In this document: positions 38,818-49,019 of the stretch, piece by piece | Layout: the number at the start of each line of letters is the position of its first letter | Numbering within the stretch: the stretch's first letter is position 1 | Virus record (IMG/VR): IMGVR_UViG_3300042894_006198 | Span: 32,001 to 96,000 of that record | Length of the DNA: 64,000 bases | Origin: a virus | Strand: one strand, 5' to 3' | Program-made: the position numbers and the translations under genes | Notes under the pieces: model-generated | Told to the model about the DNA's origin: nothing | Databases searched by the model: none | Seen by the model: the letters and a program-made list of their open reading frames with translations, nothing else

Positions 38818-40773
38818 ATGGCATATCAAATTCTTAAAACTAATGGTAATTTGTTAACAACCATCCCGGATGGTACGATTTCACAGGCATACTCGACGTT
38901 GCAGTTGCCTGGGCGAAACTATAATGGGTATGGTCAATTTCTTGATACAAACTTTGTACATTTGTTAGAGAATTTTAGCAGTGCAAATGCTCCATTAAAT
39001 TCGCTTACAGGACAATTATGGTTTAATCCATCATCAAATACGTTAAGCGTGGCGATTACCGATGGCGGACCAGGCTTCACAAGCACATGGACAAGTGTTG
39101 TTACAACATCAGGTGATGTTAATAACCCTATTTTCAATGGTAACCTCACTGCAAATGGATGGTTTTATACGACAGGAAATGCACGTTTTGATGGTCCTGT
39201 TACCATAACAAATAATTCAAATAGCACATCAACAGTTACAGGAAGTTTTACTACAGTAGGTGGAGTAGGGATTGGTGGTAACTTATATGTTGGTGGTACG
39301 ATTGTTGGTACATTGTCAGGCAATGTTACAGGTAATTTAATCACAGGTGGTAGCAACAATGCAGTTGTTATTACAAATGCAAATTCTGTAGCAGTTGGTG
39401 CTTCATATTTGTCATATACAGAATCAACAGAGGCTAATTTACAAGTTGAGGGTAATTTAATTGTTGTACCACCATCGTTAAGTGGTCCACGTTTTTCGGT
39501 TGGGTCTAATGCAAACTTAGGCACAACACAAATGAACGTAGCATTTGCTAATGGTTCTTCATTCTCAGTACAAGCTAATACGATGGCGTTTACGGGACCT
39601 GGGACCTTTAGCGTAAGTACAGGTGCCAATCCAATTACATTAACAACTACTTCAAGTAATGTTGTTGTGCAAGGACAGATTGCTGCAAATAGTGTAGCAA
39701 ATGGTTCAATGGTTATTACAGTGGGTGGTAATCCTGCGTTGTCGCTAGGTCCTAATATCTATAGCAATGGATCAATGTTTGCTAAGGGTGCCATGGTTGT
39801 TGGTGCTGATGTTACAAATAGTGGTGGTTCAGGTACTACAAATGCTAGTGCAGTGTTAACTGTATATGGTACATCTGCAGCTAATTCGACAACAACAAGT
39901 GGTGCATTAAATGTACAAGGTGGTGCACGTGTTATTGGTAATTTAGTCGTAGGCACAGGTAATTCTACAGATTATGCATTTATTTTTAATACAGATAATG
40001 TTAATGCACAGTCAACATCATTTGCAACAGGAACTTTAGGTAATGGTGCTTTACAGGTACAAGGTGGTATTGGTGCAGCAGGTAACATTTATGCATATAA
40101 TACTTTATCAGGTAATGCTGTAATTTTAAGAAATGGTTTAGTATGGTTAGATACAACAGGTGAAAATAGAATTGAACGTACAGGTTCAGGGGCAAGTGCG
40201 GTAACTACTTTAGTTGTAGGTAATACATCACCCGCTATTTTTGCAAATACAAGTGCTGCTAATGCTGCTAACTTCCAATTTGGTATTACTACACCTATTT
40301 TAACTACAGGTTCGAATGCAACAAGTGGAACAATTACAGGTAATTGGACATTGTCAACAGGGTCAAAACTTAACGCTACATACGCTGACTTGGCAGAACG
40401 ATTTGAGTCTGATTATCCTTATGAAGCAGGTACAGTTGTTGAGTTAGGTGGTGAAAAAGAAATTACTGCTGTACGTCAAGATTTAAGTGAAGATGTTTTC
40501 GGTGTAATTTCTAATACAGCAGGTTATTTGATGAATGCAGGTGCAGGTGATGATGCTACTCATCCTCCTGTTGCTGTAAGTGGTCGAGTACAAGTCAATG
40601 TTTTAGGTAAGGTTAAAAAAGGTGAACGTTTAGTTAGTGCGGGTGGTGGTTTTGCACGTGCAGCCAAACATGGTGAAGCTACACATTTTACAACATTAGG
40701 ACGTGCTTTAGAAAATAAAACAACAGATGGTGTAGGGCGAGTTTTAGCAGTAGTTAATGCTAAATTAAGTTAA
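38818..40773 (+). CDS. Tail fibre protein with C-terminal chaperone/autoprocessing-like domain
   Basis: LLENF...P....GQLWF N-terminal anchor, G-AL-x-V-x-GG-x-G-x-x-GN fibre repeats, and ADLAE...GTVV...GVIS...GRV.V.V.G.V.KG..LVS C-terminal domain. Confidence 0.8.
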   Translation: MAYQILKTNGNLLTTIPDGTISQAYSTLQLPGRNYNGYGQFLDTNFVHLLENFSSANAPLNSLTGQLWFNPSSNTLSVAITDGGPGFTSTWTSVVTTSGDVNNPIFNGNLTANGWFYTTGNARFDGPVTITNNSNSTSTVTGSFTTVGGVGIGGNLYVGGTIVGTLSGNVTGNLITGGSNNAVVITNANSVAVGASYLSYTESTEANLQVEGNLIVVPPSLSGPRFSVGSNANLGTTQMNVAFANGSSFSVQANTMAFTGPGTFSVSTGANPITLTTTSSNVVVQGQIAANSVANGSMVITVGGNPALSLGPNIYSNGSMFAKGAMVVGADVTNSGGSGTTNASAVLTVYGTSAANSTTTSGALNVQGGARVIGNLVVGTGNSTDYAFIFNTDNVNAQSTSFATGTLGNGALQVQGGIGAAGNIYAYNTLSGNAVILRNGLVWLDTTGENRIERTGSGASAVTTLVVGNTSPAIFANTSAANAANFQFGITTPILTTGSNATSGTITGNWTLSTGSKLNATYADLAERFESDYPYEAGTVVELGGEKEITAVRQDLSEDVFGVISNTAGYLMNAGAGDDATHPPVAVSGRVQVNVLGKVKKGERLVSAGGGFARAAKHGEATHFTTLGRALENKTTDGVGRVLAVVNAKLS

Positions 40774-40783
40774 TGGTGAATTT

Positions 40784-41662
40784 ATGACATATAATACTGA
40801 TGGTTTAATTCAAGCTAGTGATTATAATACACGAGAAACGATAATCGACGGTATTTGGGGACCAGGCAGCGGTAGTCGTGGATGGGGCCAATCTTCATTA
40901 TCATCAGTAAATCAATTTGACATTGTCACCGCAGGACCAAGTGGTTCTCCTGTAGAATGGGCAAAACTTATACAAACGTTAAACTATATATCAGTACATG
41001 AAAATGGTACAAACACAGGTATTACTCCACCAATGACAGGTGATTTAATTACATGGTTAAGTGCTTTCGATGGACAAATGAATACATTGTGTGATGTAGG
41101 GGCAACAAACAATCGTTTTGGTACATATGCTGCTTTTAATGACCAAGGAGAAATAGCAGGTACACATTCTTCAGCATGGGGAAGTGGTTCTTCATCTATT
41201 ACAAATATCGCATCAGTTAGTTGGGGCAGTGTTGACCAAGCAAGATATTTTTTTAATGCAGGTGGTCGTATTAACATAAACATTTCATATAGTGGAGGTA
41301 GCGGTAGTCCTCAGGACAATAATTGGTCAACAGTTTGTAGCAATGCAGGTACCATGTGGGTACAAGCAATTTCAGTTGGTGGCACTGCATCAGGTTCATA
41401 TGGATATTATGGTAGTGCAGGAAGAATGTACAGTGCAAATGGAACGGGGAGTTATAGTTCAAATACATTGACAGTCGATGTGAGTGGTCAAGGTACATCA
41501 TCATTGACGTTTACTACAACATTTACCGATAATCATAATAACATATGGTTTGACCAAGTTACAGGAACTTTTCGCATTGGTATAACAGTTCGTCGCCCCA
41601 CGACAAATGGACCAATCACAGATACTTGGGGTATTGCATCAGTGAGCGTTCCTAATTTTTAA
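40784..41662 (+). CDS. Virion structural protein (short fibre/receptor-binding-like)
   Basis: Gly/Ser/Thr-rich, ARYFFNAGG motif, co-transcribed with the fibre gene. Confidence 0.55.
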   Translation: MTYNTDGLIQASDYNTRETIIDGIWGPGSGSRGWGQSSLSSVNQFDIVTAGPSGSPVEWAKLIQTLNYISVHENGTNTGITPPMTGDLITWLSAFDGQMNTLCDVGATNNRFGTYAAFNDQGEIAGTHSSAWGSGSSSITNIASVSWGSVDQARYFFNAGGRININISYSGGSGSPQDNNWSTVCSNAGTMWVQAISVGGTASGSYGYYGSAGRMYSANGTGSYSSNTLTVDVSGQGTSSLTFTTTFTDNHNNIWFDQVTGTFRIGITVRRPTTNGPITDTWGIASVSVPNF

Positions 41663-41701
41663 AAATAATTTTTATGCCTAGCAATTAAGTTAAATAATTG
41701 C

Positions 41702-42010
41702 ATGGACACAAAAGAAATTATTCAGACAGTTAAGTATCGTTATGACCAACGATTACACAAAAATTTACTAGAAGAAAGATACAAAAACAAGTTACTTGTT
41801 ATCAATCAAACAGGTTATTGGTTTGCAAGTCAACAACTTATATCTTTTTTATCAATTGAGGCATTAGGCGAACAAGTTTATATTCAAGATGAATATAAAA
41901 ATATTATTTTAGTAAATCGCCAAGAACTACTAAGTGTTCTTATTGAAACGTATCGTACTGCCATGAAGCAATGGGCAATTGAACTTGAAGAATTAAAACA
42001 AGTACGATGA
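41702..42010 (+). CDS. Hypothetical protein, first gene of the modification island
   Basis: ORF with GTTAAATA 5 nt upstream; overlaps the next gene (ATGA). Confidence 0.7.
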   Translation: MDTKEIIQTVKYRYDQRLHKNLLEERYKNKLLVINQTGYWFASQQLISFLSIEALGEQVYIQDEYKNIILVNRQELLSVLIETYRTAMKQWAIELEELKQVR

Positions 42011-42801
42011 ATCGTGGAATAGTTATTATAGCATTTGATACAGAATATCTTGAATATACAAAAATTGCAAGATTTTGTGCTAAACGTGCTAAAGAATTTT
42101 TAAAATTACCAATCACGTTAATTACGGACAAAGAATTCATTGATCCTAATGTAGACAATGTCATTTATACCAATAATGAAAGATATCAACATCGTACGTT
42201 TGGTACTGATTTACAAAAATGGCGTAATTTTAATCGTGCCGATGTGTACGATCTTAGCCCTTATGACCATACTTTATTAATTGATTGTGATTATGTTATT
42301 AATAGTGATCAATTAAATTCTTTGTGGGATTTAGATAAAAGTTTTCTTTGTCATGGTACAACAGCAGGAGTGACAAAATTTAGTAATAGTTTGATTGAAT
42401 CTTTAGGTCAATATGAATTAAACATGTGTTGGGCAACAGTTGTTATGTTTAAAAAAGATCAATTCAGTAAATCAATTTTTCACATGTGGAAAATGATACA
42501 GCAAAATTACATTTATTATGCAGCATTATTCAAATTTAATAATCAACTTTACAGAAATGATTATGCTTTAACCATTGCTTTAAATACTATGACGGGTCAC
42601 TTAGGATATGACGAGTTTTTAATTAAATACCCACTTATTAACATCTTTACTGATGTTGAAGTCAAACGTAATGAAGATGAATTTGAGTTTTATTATCAAA
42701 AAATGGTTGCTAGCACTCTCCGTCCTTACCGTGTAAAATTGTCAAACACTGATTTTCATTGTATGAACAAAAAAAGTTTATTGGAATTTATTAATGGATA
42801 A
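42007..42801 (+). CDS. Glycosyltransferase (GT-A fold, GT8-like)
   Basis: RGIVIIA N-terminal strand, SPYDHTLLIDCD (DxD), WATVVMF, RND, late H-x-x-N-K motif. Confidence 0.7.
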   Translation: MNRGIVIIAFDTEYLEYTKIARFCAKRAKEFLKLPITLITDKEFIDPNVDNVIYTNNERYQHRTFGTDLQKWRNFNRADVYDLSPYDHTLLIDCDYVINSDQLNSLWDLDKSFLCHGTTAGVTKFSNSLIESLGQYELNMCWATVVMFKKDQFSKSIFHMWKMIQQNYIYYAALFKFNNQLYRNDYALTIALNTMTGHLGYDEFLIKYPLINIFTDVEVKRNEDEFEFYYQKMVASTLRPYRVKLSNTDFHCMNKKSLLEFING

Positions 42802-43609
42802 AGGCATTGTTATTGTAGCACAAAATAATACCACTACAGATTATGTAGCTTGTGCTAGGGTATTAGCAAAAAGTATTAAAAAAACGAACCCTAATTTATC
42901 AGTGTCAGTTATAACAAATAATATTAGTGAAGCCGATCATCCTATATTCGATTATATTATACCATTCCCATATGAAAATACTTCAACTGAAGAATGGAAA
43001 TTATCATATGATTGGCAAGTATATGAAGCTAGTCCATATGATGAGACTATAAAAATCGAAAGTGATGTATTAATTACAAGAGATATTTCAGATTGGTGGG
43101 AAATTTGTGGATCACGACAATTAGTAATAGCACAAGGGTGCATGGATTATAAAAATAAAGATTCAACTTCTAGGTTTTATCGTAATTTTTTTGACAAAAA
43201 TGAATTACCTGATGTGTATAATGGTTTGGTATATTTTAATAAAACAGACTTAGTTCAAAAATTTTTTATGATTATTAAAGATATCTATACTAATTGGGAA
43301 CAATACAGAGATGCATTAGCGTATTGTGCATCTAGTGAAACACCAACTAATGATATTGCTTATGCAATAGCCACCAATATTATTGGTGAAGAAAATGCAT
43401 TATTACCAAAATCTGTCAATCCTTTAAAATGGGTTCATATGAAACCAAGAATAATTAATGTAATGAGTAATGATTGGACAAGAGAATGTTTTTTTGAAAT
43501 ATTAAAGTGCGGACAAGTAAGGATTAATAGTTATACGCAATACTACCCAATTCATTATGTTTATAAAGATTTAGCTAAAAAGTTTGAAAAATATTATGAC
43601 AACGATTGA
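42794..43609 (+). CDS. Glycosyltransferase (GT8-like), paralog of the upstream gene
   Basis: KGIVIVA, SPYDETIKIESD, YNGLVYF, ND, VHMK and PIHY motifs. Confidence 0.65.
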   Translation: MDKGIVIVAQNNTTTDYVACARVLAKSIKKTNPNLSVSVITNNISEADHPIFDYIIPFPYENTSTEEWKLSYDWQVYEASPYDETIKIESDVLITRDISDWWEICGSRQLVIAQGCMDYKNKDSTSRFYRNFFDKNELPDVYNGLVYFNKTDLVQKFFMIIKDIYTNWEQYRDALAYCASSETPTNDIAYAIATNIIGEENALLPKSVNPLKWVHMKPRIINVMSNDWTRECFFEILKCGQVRINSYTQYYPIHYVYKDLAKKFEKYYDND

Positions 43610-43952
43610 AGATATTATAAAAGCGTTTGCGTTATTAAAAGATACTCAGCCAATTACTTACGAGTACAGATTGTACTATGATGAAACCAATGGGTTACCA
43701 ATAAAATATTCAGTCGAAAAAGAGTACGGATCTTATATTACAATTAGCAAAAAAGATTATGATATAGCTAGTTTTTTAGTGCGAGTGGTAAATGGCAGAT
43801 TGATACATCCTGTTCACCCACGTTTTTTAATTATGCATGAATCAACAGGTGGATTTACTGTAGATCCGTATGATTGGACAGTATTAGTTGATCCTGAAGA
43901 ACCACATATCTTTATCGATAGCGTAAAGGTAGAAGACATTCAGAATGAGTGA
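43596..43952 (+). CDS. Hypothetical protein
   Basis: ORF overlapping both neighbours; ATG at 43596 preferred over TTG at 43584. Confidence 0.65.
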   Translation: MTTIEDIIKAFALLKDTQPITYEYRLYYDETNGLPIKYSVEKEYGSYITISKKDYDIASFLVRVVNGRLIHPVHPRFLIMHESTGGFTVDPYDWTVLVDPEEPHIFIDSVKVEDIQNE

Positions 43953-44874
43953 ATCGATAATTGATGTTGCAGATTTAGATGTTATATACTTAAGCTATGA
44001 TGAACCACAAAAAGAAGAATTTTGGCTTAAGATTAAACATATGGTTCATTGGGCAAAACGTGTCGATAATGTTTATGGCAGTGATGCGGCTCATAAAGCA
44101 GCAGCCATAGTCAGCGAAACTGAAAGGTTTATTCTTATTGATGGTGATAATTTGCCTCACGAAGATTTTTTCAATCTACAGTTTACCATAGACGAATATA
44201 ATCACCAAGCACAATTTAGATGGCGAGCAAAAAACCATGTTAATAATTTATACTATGGTAATGGTGGTTTAAGTTCATGGACACGTGACTTTGTTCTTAA
44301 TATGAAAACACATGAAAATAGTTTAGGTGATACACGAACAAATATAGAATTTTGTTTTGATCCGTTATATTGGCCTATGCATGATTGCTATAGTACAACT
44401 TATATTAATTATACACCTAAGCAAGCATGGCGAGCAGGGTTTCGTGAAGGTGTAAAATTGTGTACACGTGGTGGTGAAATCCCCCCATCACCTAAAGAGT
44501 TTATTGAATACCTATGGCCTAAAAACTTAAAAAATTTATCAATATGGTATAACCTAGGTCGAGATGTTGAAAATGGTTGGTGGGCAATGTATGGTGCACG
44601 TATGGGTACCTATTACTTAATGTTAAGAGATTGGGATCATACATTAGTTCGTGATTTTAAATATTTAGATGAGCTATGGGTTGAAACAGCTTATTCAACT
44701 GAAGAAGATTGCATACGATTGGGTGAGATATTAAAACATGATCTCGGAATCGATATTGTTGAATTTAATGCAAAACAAAGTAAATTTTTTAAAGATTATA
44801 TTAGTAACAATTGGTTTAATCGTGGATGCATGGTAAAAGAAATTGATGTTATAAGAGAATTGGAGGGATGGTAA
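43945..44874 (+). CDS. Putative glycosyltransferase (GT-A / GT2-like)
   Basis: DVIYLSYDEP, AHKAAA, FILIDGD (DxD), YGNGG and AWRAGFREGVKL motifs. Confidence 0.6.
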   Translation: MSESIIDVADLDVIYLSYDEPQKEEFWLKIKHMVHWAKRVDNVYGSDAAHKAAAIVSETERFILIDGDNLPHEDFFNLQFTIDEYNHQAQFRWRAKNHVNNLYYGNGGLSSWTRDFVLNMKTHENSLGDTRTNIEFCFDPLYWPMHDCYSTTYINYTPKQAWRAGFREGVKLCTRGGEIPPSPKEFIEYLWPKNLKNLSIWYNLGRDVENGWWAMYGARMGTYYLMLRDWDHTLVRDFKYLDELWVETAYSTEEDCIRLGEILKHDLGIDIVEFNAKQSKFFKDYISNNWFNRGCMVKEIDVIRELEGW

Positions 44875-45569
44875 TGCATCATCGTATATGTATCATAGGC
44901 ATCCCACGATGCGGAAGCCAATATGCTGTAGAATTAATCAAGCACAATGTAAAACACAACTTTTTTGATTTGGTTGAGCCATATACACATAGTTTGCCAC
45001 AAATAAATATTGACGAAAACAAACAGCTTTTTATTGAACCTACTCAATTTAACATTGATTCACATGAGGAAAGAATAAAATATACAAGTCGTATGCTTAA
45101 AGAAGGAGATCAAAATCAACCTCTTATTATGCGATTGTTTTTAGTTTATGAAATTGAAAAAATGTTATTTGATGTAATATCAGATGTACAAAATTGTAAC
45201 TTTCAATTTGTTATATTAAGAAGAAAAAATATTGAACATCAAATATTAAGTATGGGAATAGCTGATGCTAGAAACCAATACACTTTATTTCATCACGACA
45301 AATATCCAACTGAACCTGTGATGGTTACAAATTATAAGTTAATGTCTTGGTTGTATAGAAATCATCTAATGTTTGAACAACGTGTTACTGAAAATGATAT
45401 TGAAGGTATACCGTTAACCTATGAAACCGCTGTAGAAGATTTAGCCAAAGTATTAGATCAACCCATAAATATTTGTTTACCAATCAAAAAACAAATCGTT
45501 ACTGATCCTTATGATCAAATTATTAACAAAGATGAAGTAAAAGCATTCATTCAAAGTTTAATTAAATGA
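44868..45569 (+). CDS. Sulfotransferase-like P-loop protein (Stf0-like)
   Basis: IIGIPRCGSQY (5'-PSB-like loop), EP, VILRRKN...QILS (3'-PB-like) and LTYE motifs. Confidence 0.55.
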   Translation: MVMHHRICIIGIPRCGSQYAVELIKHNVKHNFFDLVEPYTHSLPQINIDENKQLFIEPTQFNIDSHEERIKYTSRMLKEGDQNQPLIMRLFLVYEIEKMLFDVISDVQNCNFQFVILRRKNIEHQILSMGIADARNQYTLFHHDKYPTEPVMVTNYKLMSWLYRNHLMFEQRVTENDIEGIPLTYETAVEDLAKVLDQPINICLPIKKQIVTDPYDQIINKDEVKAFIQSLIK

Positions 45570-46519
45570 CCAAAAAGTATATTAAGTTAGTACACAATAA
45601 CCCTGATCATGAAAATTGGTTTGTGGTAAATTGGTGTATAGGTAATACATGCAACTATAGCTGCAGCTATTGTCCAAGTGGTTTACATGATGGTAGTAAA
45701 GCATGGCCTGATCCAAACACCGTTAAACAATTTATAGCACGTCTTGCTGAACAAACATTTCCTAAAAATCTTTATTTTGAATTTACAGGTGGAGAAGTTA
45801 CTCTATGGAAATACTTTACTGATATTTGCCAATTCTGTAAAGATCTTAATATTAAGATTGGCTTGATCAGTAATGGCAGCAGAACTATACGCTATTGGGA
45901 AGAAAATAAACATTACTTTGATCATATTTGTTTGTCATATCATCCTGAAGAAGCTAACTCAGAACACTTTGTCAATGTTGTAAAAACTGTGCACAAAGAG
46001 TTGCGAACTCATGTTAATATTATGATGAGTCCTGAAAAGTTTGACGAGTGTTATATTTTAGCTACTAAAATAAAAGAATTAGGTGATTTAAGCATTGCTT
46101 TACAGCCGTTGATACATGATTTTGGTGATACGCTATATGAATATACACCTGCTCAACATACTATTTTTGACAAGCAACACGAATTAATTGTAAAGCACAT
46201 TAAGTATACTAAAGACTTTCCATATTATCGTGGAGCTATGAGAAAAGTTTTTGAAGATGGCACATCAGAACCCATGTCAGCACAACGGTTTATCAACGAT
46301 AAAACAAACAATTGGCGAGATTGGGATTGTTATGCAGGGGTTGAACAAATTGTAGTAGATATGGATGGTCGTATTTTTAGAGGATGGTGTAAGGAAGGTG
46401 GATCGATAGGGCAAATCAATGATCCTAAATTAATGATACCTCAAGACCCAATCATTTGTAGCAAAACTATGTGCCATTGTAATTTTGATATTATGGCTAC
46501 TAAAGAATTAGTGGAATGA
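45566..46519 (+). CDS. Radical SAM protein with C-terminal SPASM/twitch-like domain
   Basis: CNYSCSYC, TGGEVT, SNGS; C-terminal C-YAG...C...C-x-x-x-x-C-x-C. Confidence 0.9.
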   Translation: MTKKYIKLVHNNPDHENWFVVNWCIGNTCNYSCSYCPSGLHDGSKAWPDPNTVKQFIARLAEQTFPKNLYFEFTGGEVTLWKYFTDICQFCKDLNIKIGLISNGSRTIRYWEENKHYFDHICLSYHPEEANSEHFVNVVKTVHKELRTHVNIMMSPEKFDECYILATKIKELGDLSIALQPLIHDFGDTLYEYTPAQHTIFDKQHELIVKHIKYTKDFPYYRGAMRKVFEDGTSEPMSAQRFINDKTNNWRDWDCYAGVEQIVVDMDGRIFRGWCKEGGSIGQINDPKLMIPQDPIICSKTMCHCNFDIMATKELVE

Positions 46520-47664
46520 GTAAATTTTGTATTTTACCATGGATTAATCTGACGATTGACGTTAATGGTAGCACAAGACCATGTTGTCGTTTTGAACAAC
46601 CACAACATCAAAATAAACACAAATTACCTTTCATTATGCAAGATAGGTTAGATAAGGTTTATAACAATGACAGTTGGCAACAATTACGCCAAGCATTTTT
46701 AAATGGTGAAAAACCAACGGAGTGTCGTTCATGTTGGGATGACGAAAAAAGTGGTATACCAAGCTATAGAGAAGTATTTGTACAATCAAAATTTGTGGAC
46801 GTAAGTAAAGTTGATGTAAATTCTTTAACTGTAGAAGCACCATTAACATTAGATTTAAAACTTAACAATGTATGCAATTTAAAATGTAGAATATGTAGTC
46901 CACAACAATCATCAACCTATGCTAAAGAATTTAAACTGTTATATAATATTACCTACCCTAATGCTGATTATTATCCACAAGATAAAATAACTAATACTCA
47001 ACACGAAGAAGTTATAGCAAAATGGGGAGAAACTGTTCAACATATTGAAATGTCAGGTGGCGAACCCATGAATAGCCCCGAAAATGTAAAAGTGTTAAAA
47101 TTAATTAATGAAAAAAGTGATCTTAAAAATAAAACTATACTAATTAATACAAATGTTACAAAATGGAATAAACAGCTAATTGATTATCTTACCATGTTCA
47201 AAAAATCTATTATTTGTTTAAGTGTCGATGATTTATACGATAGACAAGAATACCACAGATTCCCTAGTAAATGGGACAATATTATTGAAAATATTGATAA
47301 ATTTATAGCATTACGTGATGAATTCCCTAATGTAGAGTTATTATTGTTTTGCACAGTAAGCAACTTTAACGTATATTATGTTCCTGAATATAAAGTATGG
47401 GCTGATAGTAAAAAATTACCTGTACATTGGAACATGTTACATTCTAACCCAAAATATTGTATACATAATTTACCAACATTAGCAAAGTCAAGAGTAAAAG
47501 ATAAACTAACAGATTTTCCTGATATTGTAAACTTTATGATGTTGCCACAAGAAGATGAACATTGGCAAGAATTTATTGATGAGTTAGAAATTCTTGATGA
47601 GCATCGTGGACAGAATTTTGATGAAACATTTGCTGAGTGGAGCGAAATAATTGGTAGGTATTAA
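46516..47664 (+). CDS. Radical SAM protein with N-terminal twitch/SPASM-like domain
   Basis: CILPW...RPCC...CRSCW, then CNLKCRIC, SGGEP, NTN. Confidence 0.9.
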   Translation: MSKFCILPWINLTIDVNGSTRPCCRFEQPQHQNKHKLPFIMQDRLDKVYNNDSWQQLRQAFLNGEKPTECRSCWDDEKSGIPSYREVFVQSKFVDVSKVDVNSLTVEAPLTLDLKLNNVCNLKCRICSPQQSSTYAKEFKLLYNITYPNADYYPQDKITNTQHEEVIAKWGETVQHIEMSGGEPMNSPENVKVLKLINEKSDLKNKTILINTNVTKWNKQLIDYLTMFKKSIICLSVDDLYDRQEYHRFPSKWDNIIENIDKFIALRDEFPNVELLLFCTVSNFNVYYVPEYKVWADSKKLPVHWNMLHSNPKYCIHNLPTLAKSRVKDKLTDFPDIVNFMMLPQEDEHWQEFIDELEILDEHRGQNFDETFAEWSEIIGRY

Positions 47665-49019
47665 CCATCTAACCAAACTTTAAATTCAGGAAATGTTTTA
47701 AGAAAATTAGTATTTCTTCTATCATCTAATTCAGTAAAAAATACAAAAACTTCCTCACCCTTATCGAACATGTTAAAGATATTTTGGTTCTTTTTAATTG
47801 CGTCTTGTGTTTGTTTTAAAAAGAAAAGAAATTCTTTCCATACATTAATAACTGATTGCCCTTCAAATTGTGGATCATTAATAAGTTCATTAAAGATTTG
47901 CAATGGTTGATCAAGATATGCTGCATATTCTCTAGGTGCAATAGTTGGACTTTGTTCTTTAGGCCAAGTTACAATATTACGATGAATATCAATAGGGTAA
48001 TATTTTTTACAACATGCTGCAAAATATTCAACATACTTATAAAATGATGGCAATCCTAACAAGTTTAAACATGGCATAAAATTGATTTTGACTAAGTCAG
48101 GTTTTGAAAGTAAGGTTTCTAAATTGTTTTTAAATCGATCCCATTTTACACCGTAGCGAATATATTCTAATTCTTCGCCAATATTTTCACCGCTTACTTG
48201 TACAATGACATTAAAGTATTGATTTAATATAGGTAAATAATTTAAAAACTTATTAAAATAAGATGGTGGCGTATTCATGTTGGTTGTAATGCATAACTCA
48301 ATTTTATCAACAGTGGTATCGTTTGACAAATTAATTGTAGGTTCACGCACTGTATTGCTATGAATTTCAATAAGTTTATCTAAACATTCATATAATAAAT
48401 CAGTTATTAACGGTTCGCCACCTATAAAACCAAACCTAGTTAAATGTTTAATGCCTGTTGTTTTATACCATTCCCAAAATAATTTTTCAGCTTCTTTTTT
48501 ACGTTCGCCCAATTGACTTGTATCTCTTGTCATAGGTATATTATATTTTTTCTTTTCTGCATACCATTGTGTACTATAATGTTCGCTACAGTAAGTACAT
48601 TTTGCGTCACATGTATTATTCAAAACTATTTCAATAATACTAGCATACGTGCTACGGGTAAGATTTGGAATGTTTTTTAGATCCTCTTTGTTTTGTGGCT
48701 CAAATCCTGTATTACGTTCCATATATTTTTCAAACATGTAATCATTTCTAGAGCTTTCAAACCCCTTATTTTCAAGTTGCCAACATGTATGACAATCATT
48801 ATGTTGCACGTTTGATAATAAGCTTTTACGTCTTTCTACATGTTCAGGTAGATTACTAAACAAATCTTGCCCTAATGATTTGCACATTTCATCTGTAATA
48901 CGTGTGCGTTTTAATGTTCTGCAGCAATAAGTAAAACTTGGTTCACTTATATAAAACATGAGATAATCCCAAGCATAACGACACAATGTGTCAGGACGTT
49001 GAGGATAAATGGGAATCAT
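47661..49019 (-). CDS. Radical SAM protein with N-terminal twitch/SPASM-like domain
   Basis: CRYAW...YCC...CHTCW, then CDAKCTYC, IGGEP, TTN. Confidence 0.9.
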   Translation of the reverse strand: MIPIYPQRPDTLCRYAWDYLMFYISEPSFTYCCRTLKRTRITDEMCKSLGQDLFSNLPEHVERRKSLLSNVQHNDCHTCWQLENKGFESSRNDYMFEKYMERNTGFEPQNKEDLKNIPNLTRSTYASIIEIVLNNTCDAKCTYCSEHYSTQWYAEKKKYNIPMTRDTSQLGERKKEAEKLFWEWYKTTGIKHLTRFGFIGGEPLITDLLYECLDKLIEIHSNTVREPTINLSNDTTVDKIELCITTNMNTPPSYFNKFLNYLPILNQYFNVIVQVSGENIGEELEYIRYGVKWDRFKNNLETLLSKPDLVKINFMPCLNLLGLPSFYKYVEYFAACCKKYYPIDIHRNIVTWPKEQSPTIAPREYAAYLDQPLQIFNELINDPQFEGQSVINVWKEFLFFLKQTQDAIKKNQNIFNMFDKGEEVFVFFTELDDRRNTNFLKTFPEFKVWLDG